Origin: Octopus vulgaris
Taxonomy: Eukaryota
Length of the DNA stretch: 64,000 bases
NCBI GenBank assembly: GCA_951406725.2
Contig: OX597818.1
Span: forward strand, 45,508,001 to 45,572,000
Reading direction: 5' to 3'
A program made the position numbers and the translations under genes. Numbering within the stretch: the stretch's first letter is position 1; each line of letters begins with the position of its first letter. The notes below the pieces were generated by a model, which was not told where the DNA came from, ran no database searches, and was given only the letters and a program-made list of their open reading frames with translations. This document shows positions 52,501 through 64,000 of this stretch, piece after piece.

Positions 52501-52792
52501 CAGTGTGTTGCAGTTTACGCTTTGTCAGATCAAAGTGGTAAACATAAATACTTTGATAGATAGAAATCTGCATTGCATGACATAACTATGATATTACTAT
52601 ACAAACTTCCGAAACAGAAACACAAGCTTCTCTGCACATATCATTTAGATGACACAAACATAAAAAAATAGTAACTTTGTAATGGAAAATTTTGGCTTAA
52701 AACCTGAATGAATGTAGAAATTCAAATAATTATTATTTCCAATAGTAAACGATAGTCAAATATTCTCCAAAGCATGACATGTTGTAGAAATA

Positions 52793-53258
52793 TTGGGTTG
52801 TCCGGAAATTTCGTGCCGATTTATAGTAGCTTACCTTTCAACTTATTTTAGAACATGGTTGAGTCCATAAAACAGGATTTGACTACACCTCCATTTAGAG
52901 CACAGTTTAAGCTATCTTTTTGTGGAAGAAGGTTTTATGTTCCTATAACCTGTGTTAATTCTGTGACCCTTTAAAATGGAAGATAAGAAAGTTCATTTTC
53001 GGCACTTGATGCTTTTCTTTTTCCGTAAAGGGAAAAGTGCCTCACAAGTAACCAAACAAATATGCGCAGTTTACGGTAATGTTTCTTTATCCGAAAGAAC
53101 TGTACGGAAATGATTCGCAAGGTTCCGAGCTGGAGATTGTAGCCTTACTGATAAAGAGTGATCAGACAGACCGTCCACTGCAGATGATGACCAAATCAAG
53201 TCATTAATGCAGACTAACCCACATTGCACAACCCAAGAATTGTCAGAAAGCCTCAACC
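52793..53258 (+). mobile_element. Mariner 5' remnant (mellifera-like)
   Basis: TA + ttgggttgtccggaaa TIR; from 52976 MEDKKVHFRHLMLFFFRKGKSASQ..ICAVYG..RK*FARFRAGD..DDDQIKSL. Confidence 0.9.
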
Positions 53259-53890
53259 TAACCACTAAGCCACGCACCTCCACACATACATAATTACAAA
53301 CACACATATTTTTATGTATGCATGTATGTATGTATGTATGTATGTATGTATGTATGTATGAATGCATGTATGTATTGGCGTGCTATACCAAAACAAGCAG
53401 AAAATGTGCAAGAATGAGTGAAAAATGTTAAAATGATAACTAGAATAAAATTATAAAAAACAATCGAAATGCTATAAATAGAAGTAAAATATATATAAAA
53501 TAGAAATAAAATATATATAAAATAGAAGTAAAATATATATATAAAGCTGTTATTTTTCGCCAAAAGACTTCAGATCGAATGAGAATTAAAGGAAACTGAA
53601 AAGTTTAGCATTTTAGAAGGTTCAAACCCGCGAGCTAGAAAAATGTTGCCGTATTTTCATGGAGTTGCCAGGCAACAAAGAAATGGTAACAAAAGATTTG
53701 TAATAACGTTTTAAGCGGAATGAGATTTGCGTAAACAATATGAACACTGATGCAAATATAGTAACATGGAAATAATGAGTTGAAAGGATGAAGTAAAGGA
53801 AGGGGAAATAGTATGCAACACAAATAACGAAACATGAAAGAAATCAAAGAGAATGAGAGAAAATATGGCAATATGTGGGCGTACGTATAA

Positions 53891-54490
53891 GGCGGCGAAC
53901 TGGCAGAAACATTAGTACGCCGGGAGAAACGCGTAGCCGTATTTCGTTTGCCGTTACGTTCTGAGTTCAAATTCCGCCGAGGTCGACTTTGCCTTTCATC
54001 CTTTCGGGGTCGATTAAATAAGTACCAGTTACACACTGGAGTCGATGTAATCGACTTAATCCGTTTGTCTGTCCTTGTTTGTCCCCTTCTGTGTTTAGCC
54101 CCTTGTGGGTAGTAAAGAAATAGGTATTTCGTCTGCAGCTACATGCTGAGTGCAAATTCCGCCGCGATCGACTTTGCCTTTCATCCTTTCGGGGTCGATT
54201 AAATAAGTACCAGTACCCACTAGGGTCGATGTAATCGACTTAATTCGTGTGTCTGTCCTTGTTTGTCCTCTCTGTCTTTAGCCCCTTGTAGGTAGTAAAG
54301 AAATAGGTATTTCGTCTGCTATTACGTTCTGAGTTCAAATTCCGCCGAGGTCGACTTTACCTTTCATCCTTTCGGGGTCGATAAATAAAGTACCAGTTGG
54401 GCACTGGGGTCGATATAATCGACTTAATCCCTTTGTCTGTCCTTGTTTGTCCCCCTCTATGTTTAGCTCCTTGGGGGCAATAAAGAAATA
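53891..54490 (+). mobile_element. SINE group A trimer (tail A2) abutting the remainder of another group A copy
   Basis: Two aaagaaat-aggtatttcgtctg junctions; final tail joins agaatcgttag.. (to about 54645). Confidence 0.9.
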
Positions 54491-54918
54491 AGAATCGTTA
54501 GTACATCATGGTAAATGCTTAGCGGCATTTCGTCCATCTTTACGTTCTGAGTTCAAATTCTTTTCATTCCTTTCGGGACCGTGAAGACGGGTTGATGTAA
54601 CTGACTTACCCCATCCCTAAAATTGCTAGACTTGTGTCAAAATTTAAAACTAGTATATGTGCGTGAGTGTGTGTGGCGGCGGGGGAGGGGCGTCATATAT
54701 TGGTATGTCTTTACTTTTATATTTATTACTGCTCTTCTTTGCAGGAAGGACCTGGAAACAAATACAAAATCTCCATCGCTGGAATTTGGCTAACAACAAT
54801 GATAATTGTTACTCTTTTACTTGTTTCAATCATTTGACTGCGGCCATGCTGGAGCACCGCCTTTAGTCAGACAAATCGACCCTAGGACTTATTCTTTTTT
54901 AAGCCTAGTACTTATTCT

Positions 54919-55047
<129 letters not shown>

Positions 55048-56059
55048 GTGTGCGCGTGTGTATGTATGCCTGCATGTATGTATGTATGCATGTATGTATG
55101 TATGTATGTATGTATGTATGTATGTATGTATGTATGTATGTATGTATGTATGTGAGTGTGAAATAATTTACAGTTTGCTCCGCTGATCCTCGGTTTTTTC
55201 TCAACTTGTGATCCCTGAAGCTATAAAACAATGAATGGTAGAAAATTTGTCGTCATTCATGGAAAATAGGCACGTGTCGAATTGTTTGTTTTTCATTAGT
55301 CGTCTTTGGTGAAGAGCAAAAGTTCACTGCAACGTGTAGCCAGCGGCTTCTCATGGACAGGGAGGCAGCTTTTAAAACTACGATATATGCAGCACGTACA
55401 TACAGATTTAACTCTACATCATGGCATCAATACATCTGGAAACCCAGAAATAGAAAAACCGATAGTATTCCAATAAAATGGAATCTTATCGAGGAAACCA
55501 ACCATACGTAACCGGAAATCGATTCAACGTAGGCACTGCATGGTGTACAACTTCTTAGCAGCAATAGATAATATCCTAGATGTAAGAGCTGAGATATTCT
55601 TTTATGAAAAAAATATCTTCACGGAAAATTTTAAATGCAAACGGTTGATATTACACGTGGATATTTTGACTAAGGACTATTGCTGCTGCGGTCTACAACT
55701 GCTTCAGGAGTAAGAGAGGCTGTGAGAGTGAATTTATTGAGAGCTACGACAGAAGGTGAATATTCCCTTTAAGGGGAGAAAACTGCTTCAGGCTTTATAA
55801 TTTGTTGTTGTTGCCTTCTCTCAAAACTGACAGTTGTTATCTAGTGTAATAGTAAACCTTGCGAACAATGAGAACAAAGTGTTAATCTCTCAATAACTTC
55901 AAATACACTAAGAGAACCGACCATCACACCTAGTTTAACCAATAAAAACAACATATGAATCATTGTGGAGTGATTTCGGCACCTAAAATTCAGTGTAACA
56001 TGAGAAAATATCTGAGTGGAGACGTAGAAAATTACCAACTTCGTACATACACGCATGCA

Positions 56060-56129
<70 letters not shown>

Positions 56130-56195
56130 TATATGTAGGTATTTATATGTAGATATGCGTTTATATGTACATGTGTGTTTGCACATATATATATA

Positions 56196-58032
56196 TCTAT
56201 AATATAAATCCCCTTCTATGTGAGTGTGTGTGTAAAAGATTATAACATATTTTTAACTGATTTTCTCCACACTGGGAACATATACTACTTAAGTTCCAAG
56301 GGATGGTTCTAGACTCTTAAAATTTTTCACATAATGAGTACCGGACATCTTAAGGGTGGAGAACACCCGTTCTTGGGTTACATGGACAACGGAGATAACT
56401 CTTTGCGAAGTAACTTCCAGAAATTTATTGTCTTCCTTACATCCATTGGTCATTTAAAAAATATTCAATATTGCTTTTTATATAAGATTCACGTCTTCGA
56501 AAGTTTTTTAAAATATTTCCGGTTTTCTAGCGTCAATGGTGTCTATATCTCTCTATCCCCCTCTATATATATATCTATCTGTCTATAACTTATTTATCTA
56601 TCTGTATCTAATTTGTCTAACTAGCTAGCTCTCTCGCCCCCCTCTTCCTATATTTCACTCACTCTCTATTGTTTTCCCTTTCATTTTTCAGCTGCTTATG
56701 TTTTCACTTTAAGTTCAATCTCTATTGTTTTCACTATAAATTTTCAATCGCTATTTACAAACAACAACGACCAATTACTGTTGAAAGTAATTTCATACAT
56801 AATTTAGTAACAGAAGTAACTTCATAAATTTCGCTTCAGTCCGAACACTTAGTTAATTTTCATAAAACTTTCTTATTTACATTTGCAATGGTTTTGTGTT
56901 TTTCTGCTGTTAACAGTTTTTTTCTGATTCCTTCGATACTAGCTCTTTGATTCACTAAGTGATAAATTTCTCTTCAACCCATATAATTCTTTATTTTCCA
57001 TAAAATTTTCTTATTTACTTTCTGCCCGTCGTATTAAGAAATATAATTTCCGTTACCCAGTTTATACTATCTTTCAGTGTTTACTATCTTTTGCACCCGT
57101 ATATTTTTGTATACGTATATAACAATGCTTACAAGGAAAGTGTCAAATTTATCAACAATGTCAAGATCAGCCTAAGGAATGTCTCTGTCCAGAGAAAGAG
57201 AGACAGCTGCAGAAATGGAAGCCTACCAAGAAACAAACAGACTGTGCACTACAAAAGCCAGAACATCTCAAAGTGATGAATAGATGTATGCGCAGCTGAC
57301 AAGCAATAGGATCACCACTGCAGAACGAAGAGCAGTTGCAGCAGCTCAAATAAACAACTTCTGTGAAGGAGCTTTCAAATATGATCCAGCAGTCCATTAT
57401 GCAAATGACACTAGAGTTTCCATTGGTGCAATGACAACTGAGTGCATACATAGTAAAGCAAGAAAGAGGCCTGGAGAGACACCTGCACTGTGCTGCACTG
57501 GTGGAAAGGTAAAACTCCCAGCAATCCCCAAACTTCCAGAGCCATTGAAGAAACTGTTGTCTCCAACTGACCAAGATTCCAAGCACTTCCAAAACAGAAT
57601 TAGACAGTACAACACTACACTACAGATGAAATCATTTGGAGCCACAAGAGATTTAACTGAGCCAGGATTCATGCTAACTTTCAAGATCCAAGGTCAGATT
57701 TATCATCGGATTGGTTCTCTACTACCTCTGTCAAAGGAATCACCAAAATCGGCCTTTCATTGTTTATAATCTGTACCTGTTTTTTGGTTACGAAATAAGT
57801 GACATAAAACATGTTTTTGAATTACGTGTATTTCCTTTATATACATATATGAGTTGAAAACTTTCTTTTAACATTTCACTTAACGTCTATGTTCCAAACT
57901 GGCATGGGTTGGAGAGTTATTAATGTAGAAAGTTGGTGTCTCAGCTATTAGCTGTTGAGACCTGCGTCATCTAGACGGCGTTTTTAAATTTCATTATTCT
58001 CCTTAAACCTGGGCGACGCCGGGTATTTCTGT
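56196..58032 (+). mobile_element. Internally deleted Helitron
   Basis: A|TCTATAATATAAA start; RepHel fragment inside; 3' hairpin cctgggcgacgccggg 58008-58023; CTAG end eroded. Confidence 0.8.
57284..57769 (+). pseudogene. Helitron Rep/helicase N-terminal fragment
   Basis: AFKYDP..IGAM..CCTGGKVKLP..PEPLKKLL..SKHFQNRIRQYN..QMKSFGA..FKIQGQIYHRIGSLLP. Confidence 0.92.
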
Positions 58033-58055
58033 ATATATATGTGTATGTGTGTGTA

Positions 58056-58089
<34 letters not shown>

Positions 58090-58132
58090 TGTATGTGTGT
58101 AAATATAAATGCATATATAAATATGTATACAT

Positions 58133-58440
<308 letters not shown>

Positions 58441-59097
58441 CAAAATCAAAAAATATCGTGTTCTTATTCTTTTCCTTATCAGTATTTATTAATCTTTCAA
58501 AACAAGACGCAGGATGGAATGCGTAAATTACTTTCCACGGAATGGGAAGATTCCAGTAAACAGATATGTCGAAACTGCATTATATGGCTGCCCATTCAAA
58601 TGATATAATAAATGTCCCACTTCACTATGTCAGAATGACAAGCAATCATTTTTTTTTAATACACAATGCAAAGAAAATTAATACAAGCAGCAAAGCAGGA
58701 GTTGCATGGATGAGTAAACGATAGCAATGTAAATTAATTAAATTTGTCTTGAGCCAATCAGCATATAAATTTCGGGAAACTATTAGATTATTTGAAAGAA
58801 AATGGGTGGGTAGGAGTGAATAAGACTCTTTCAGATTATGTTTTCTGTCTGATAATTAGAAGCTGTTTTTGAAAAATACACAGGAAGTATCAATATCAGG
58901 TTTTGTTAAGCTTCATAGGACTAATAATACCGAGCAGGCGATGTTTAATGATCAAAGTAATAAATTTTGATTGTGGTAGCCAATTAATTAAAACTCACAC
59001 CCAAATTAACACAAGGGAGCCTTTATGCGAACATACGTTTTCCAAGAAATAACAGCCAAATTTCCATTCATTAACATGCTACTGTCTTTAAGCAAAT

Positions 59098-60422
59098 TCC
59101 GATCAAAAGGGATCGGGGGAAAAAAACGATCTAAAGGGATCATGTATCACATAAGAGTTTTGAAAATGTAAAAAGTAAGGTTAGGTTTATCCGTGGAAAG
59201 AAAAGCCTACGAAAAGGCCACAGTAACCTCAAGCAGGAAGAAAAACACATGCTCTCTCTTTTCGATTTACAAGATGATGCTCAAAGTGGTTTTGTCACTC
59301 GCACGCACCATCTTTGCTACATTTGCCCACCTTCTTTTGAAACTTTCACGAGACAAAACCTGCCTAGGTTGACGAGAGATTGGCCAGAGAGGTAGGTGAT
59401 TGTCTCTAATCCTTTTGCTCGAGTCCACCACACACATTCTTTCACCATGGCCACCAGCCACACGGGGCTGAACACAAAGGGAACAAAATACAAAATAGAG
59501 CTTTTTTCTTTTGGGGAAGGAAAGAAGTAAAAAAGGGAGTAGAATTTCGATCAAAAGGGATCGTAGAAAGAAAAAAAGCCGATCAATAGGGGTCGTGTAT
59601 CACAGAAATGTTATAATGTAAAAGGGGAAACAGATTAGGTTTATCCGTGGAAAGAAAAGCCTACAGAAAAGACCACGGTAACCTTGGGCAATAAAGTCAT
59701 GCAAAAAAAAACACATTACAGTAAGTAACTCTCTTTTTTCCTTTCTTTTTCTGGTTCATAGGATTATGCTCAAGGCGGCTCCGTCATTCGCACGTGCCAT
59801 CCTTGCTACATTCACTCATCTTTTCTTGAAACATTCACTAGATAAAGCTTCCCTGTCTACCCTCGCCTTCTTCAAGTGATACTTGAAGAAGTTGATGAGA
59901 GAATCACCAGAGAGGAAAGTGTTTGTCTTTAGACCTTCCAGACGTATCCACCATACACATTCTTCTGCCATAGGCACAAGTACGATGAAAATGGCTCTTC
60001 CTTCTCGTTTCAAGGAAGGAAGCACGACTATATTCACGATAGACTCGATTGATAAACTGACACGTCCCACACGCGATACCAGTCGGTCGACATAGGTCCA
60101 CAGGTCGGAAATGGTTGGACACTGCACGAGTGCGTGCAGAACGGTTTCGTCGCTCTGACTGCATCTCGGGCAGGTCGGCCCCGTGTTTCTCGAGCCATGC
60201 CTATAGAGCTTATCCCGAACGGGTAGCGCTTCTCGATAGCACTGCCAGGCCAGGGATCTCTGGAAGTTGTCCATAGGTCCCGGCTCGAAAGTAGTCTTGA
60301 ACAAGCGGGTCAGGTATTCCTCGTCGACGCCCAGGTTCGCCCCGAGTTAGTCGTCGTACCTCCCCTCCACTAATCCTCTATAGAACACTTTGGCTGTGTT
60401 GCAGTCGCTCAAGGTCGACCCG

Positions 60423-60425
<3 letters not shown>
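59098..60425 (-). mobile_element. L1/Tx1-group LINE 3' ends, two tandem truncated copies
   Basis: AWQCYREALPVRDKL..TCPRCSQSDETVLHALVQCP..LW (zf-RVT CCHC); 3' UTR repeated at about 59100-59270 and 59456-59760. Confidence 0.88.
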
Positions 60426-60757
<332 letters not shown>

Positions 60758-60759
60758 AA

Positions 60760-60905
60760 GTTTCTTTATTAGCTACTCAGGGCCGAACACAGAGGGGATA
60801 AAATACAATATAGAGTTTTTCTTTTTGAGAATATAAACAAGGAGAAAAATAAAATTCCGATCAAAAGGAATCGGGAAAAAAACACCATCAAAAGGGATCG
60901 TGTCA
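60760..60905 (-). mobile_element. Extreme 3' UTR of the same L1/Tx1 family
   Basis: Colinear with 59456-59600; ends gctaataaagaaa on the minus strand. Confidence 0.8.
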
Positions 60906-61732
60906 AGAATTAAGGGGGTTTTAGGAGTCCAACAGTTGTTTCTGGGGGCATGATGGTCCAAAATAATGCTTGTAGCTCGATTCCATCATCTGATACCGCC
61001 AGCCTCCGCTGGAAGAATTTTACATTTGCGGTGTTGACAGAATGGAGATTTAAGATATATATGCTGCTACTGTTTCAAGTGTGTATACATATATGTATGT
61101 GGATGTGTATACGTGTTAAACATGTGTATATGTGTTGTGATAGACATAAAAGCATGCAAATTTAACTATTTCTCTGTAAACTGAAAAGTGATGAGCACTC
61201 TTAATCGCTTTTCGACCCTGAAATAAGATAATGAAATTGAGATTATTCCGATGCCTTGTGTTGCGTTTGTAAAAATATTTCATTAATTATCGCCATGCGA
61301 ATGCAGTATGTAATGATAAACAACATGTCCAATGTGGTATTGTAGCATTTGAAAACTGTTTATGTAATGCTTAAATGATTTATTCTTGTGTGAAATAGAT
61401 TTTCTGAAACAGTATATGTCGCTGATTAAATCTTCTCCATTATTGATCCCCGAGGAAATGAAGTTCAGGGCCAACTCATCACAAAGTATCGAATAAGCTT
61501 TGCCAGATATTTCTCGTCACTATCCATTGGTTCTCTGTAACTACTTCTTGTAGCAGGAAATGAAAATACCGATAGTCGATAATCCAGTACTCAATTTAAT
61601 AACCAGTATATATCATATTAAGCTAAACTGCCGAACTAAATATAGTTGAAATTTGCAGAAAAACAAGAGACAAAGACCGGTGTATAAATAACAAGCAGGT
61701 GTATTAGTTTGACGCTCGGGAAGGCGAGAAAG

Positions 61733-61769
61733 TCTTTTACGTTTCGAGCCTACGCTCTTCAACAGAAAG
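61733..61769 (-). ncRNA. Minimal type I hammerhead-like motif (A6U variant) in Penelope-type end about 61640-61930
   Basis: cttt CTGTTGA a GAGC-gtag-GCTC GAAA CG TA aaag; same family as 43118. Confidence 0.65.
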
Positions 61770-62370
61770 TAACACGAGGAAATAAACAGAGAGAGAACAA
61801 AAAAAAACTTGTGGAGTTAGCGGTCAATCATGGAACGTACGGATTAAGAGAAAACAGAGAAAGAAAAATAGAATAAGAAAAAACAGTAAGTTCAAAAAAA
61901 GTTCAAAAAGGTTCAAACGTCGTGGTGCGTTGGAGCGATTTTTCATCAACGGAAGAGTCCAGTGAAATCCATATGTATACCCAGTATACTTTAATTTGTG
62001 TAAACTGGATCGTATTGTCACTTATATACAGTGGAATGTATTGGGTTATGTGAAACAATTCCACAGTTCAATAATTCAATACTGGATGTAATAGTCTATA
62101 ACTTTTATAGGAAGCTAAACCGACACAACCAAAATCCATGCGGGACTGAATTGTATTGTCACCTAAAAATGGTTGTTGTAATATATTCGTTTCAAAATTT
62201 GGCACAACGCCAGCAATTTCGGGATTGCATCGACCCCAGTGTTCGAGTGGTAGTTATTTTATCGACCCTGAAACGATAAAAGACAGAGTCGACCTCGGCA
62301 GAATTTGAACTGAGAACTGAACTGAGCGAAATACTGCGAAGCATTTTTCCCAACCTGCTAATGATTCTGT

Positions 62371-62599
62371 TTCTTTACTACCCACAAGGGGCTAAACATA
62401 GAGGGGACAAATAAGGACAGACAAACGGATTAAGTCGATTACATCGACCCCAGTGCGTAACTTGTACTTAATTTATCGACCCCGAAAGGATGAAAGGCAA
62501 AGTCGACCTCGGCGGAATTTGAACTCAGAACGTAGCGGCAGACGAAATACGGCAACGCATTTCGCCCGGAGTGCTAACGATTCTACCAGCTCGCCACCT
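62371..62599 (-). mobile_element. SINE group A (tail A2) abutting an older group A copy (about 62190-62370)
   Basis: Tail joins agaatcattagc of the host head on the minus strand. Confidence 0.88.
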
Positions 62600-62802
62600 T
62601 GACGTAATGGAATATACTAAACAGTGTCATGGTTCTGAAACATCTGTCATCGCACTGATACGAAGTTATGAAGTCATAATGATATATCATGGAGGTCCTC
62701 TTATTTTCTATTATTTGATATTGCGGTCAGCGGTCAGTTACCGTCTATACATCGGTCGGTCTACTCGAAAACACTTGATGATTCGCAACATTTTTTATAA
62801 TG

Positions 62803-62872
<70 letters not shown>

Positions 62873-63105
62873 GTGGGTGTAAACACATGAACAAAATAAG
62901 AATAAACAAAAACAAAAACAAATTACACGAAAGTATATAAACAGAAGATACAAATATTACGGGCTTTTCCCCACACACACACACTAACTAAACATAGACG
63001 CACATAGAGATATACGCATACGCAAATGAAGACACATACAATAGAAATACAAAATGGCTGACGGTTAGTAAGGAGAGACACACAAAGAAGAAAGAAGAAA
63101 GCAAT

Positions 63106-63150
63106 GGACCACTGATGCGGTCACAGGAGTGTGACGAAAGAACTCTGGCC
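63106..63150 (+). ncRNA. Type I hammerhead-like motif (A9C in this copy)
   Basis: ggacca CTGATGC g GTCACA-ggag-TGTGAC GAAA gaac TC tggcc; downstream sequence related to 47835-47960. Confidence 0.6.
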
Positions 63151-63769
63151 GAAATAAGATTAAGATTAATATAAAAAAATAAATAACGCTGAAGCAAAGT
63201 AACACCAAATATATAGTGCGTGTGTTTTTATTGGCTAAACTGGCAAAATGACCATTCCGAAATACAACAATATCTGATTCAACACACGATTTCACATAAA
63301 AAATCTTGCACAAGAAATATATAAACGTAACATTTTTTTTTCTGGACCAATTCAGGCAAATATTTTTTTCCTTCATATTTGAAAATTGAATGTAATTCGT
63401 ATACAAAATGCTTAATCAGACTCTACTAATATCATCGGGAAATATTCAATCCATATCCTCCAATTTCAGAGTTAAATATCACTTTTACCAGAACAACGTC
63501 TTTGATCTATTTAATATAATTAAGATGTGACGATAGAATTTCTCCAGAACATCTTAATCGACGTAACATAACGCTATCTTTTGTAATTCTTTAACTTCGT
63601 ATGAATGTATGTGTGTATGTATATGTGTGTGAGTGCGTGATTAAGTGAGTGAATGACGGACTGACTGAGTGGGTGAGTGACTGACTGAATAACTGAGTGA
63701 GTGAGTGAGCGAGTGAATGGGTGTATAAAGTGATACTGCATGTATTTACATTATTGTGTGCATAATAAT

Positions 63770-64000
63770 CTTTTCTACTATAGGCACAAGGTCTGAAATT
63801 TGGGGATGAAAGGCAAAGTCGACCTCAGCGGAATTTGAACTCAGAACGTAGCGGCAGACGAAATACCAATTTCTTTACTACCTACAAGGGGCTAAACACA
63901 GAGAGGACAAACAAGGACAGACGAACGGATTAAGTCGATTACATCGACTCCAGTGCGTAACTGGTACTTAATTTATCGACCTCGAAAGGATGAAAGGCAA
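63770..64000 (-). mobile_element. SINE group A multimer running off the window end
   Basis: A2 tail joined to ggtatttcgtctg of a unit ending in the A1 tail. Confidence 0.88.

Noticed and set aside
53891-54490. CRISPR-like or satellite array
   Set aside because: Units are SINE monomers without unique spacers; eukaryotic context, no cas genes.
55841-55985. Minus-strand exon with hydrophobic signal-peptide-like ORF
   Set aside because: Weak donor, no homology or partner exons recognised.

Overview
AT-rich, microsatellite-dense eukaryotic DNA, almost entirely repeat-derived. The tRNA-SINE families and repeat landscape resemble an octopus (cephalopod) genome; this is an inference from recalled repeat families, not a database match. 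I find no supportable intact host protein-coding gene: most listed ORFs are microsatellite artefacts or decayed transposon fragments. Supported content: four tRNA-headed SINE groups (many copies, several with TSDs); decayed LINEs (I/Jockey-like, RTE, L1/Tx1); several mariner/Tc1 remnants; a hAT fragment; a Merlin cluster; two Helitrons (one with a RepHel fragment); a probable solo LTR; several MITEs. The most notable signal is small ribozyme motifs. At least seven minimal type I hammerhead-like cores sit in Penelope-type repeat ends. One lies in a tRNA-headed element whose inverted duplicate begins exactly at the predicted cleavage site. A tentative HDV-like fold marks the 5' end of a bipartite RTE. 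Also seen: a SINE sharing its 3' tail with an L1/Tx1 LINE and repeatedly nested in its own family, near-perfect foldback palindromes, local templated duplications, and a possible Pol II promoter near 4.65 kb.
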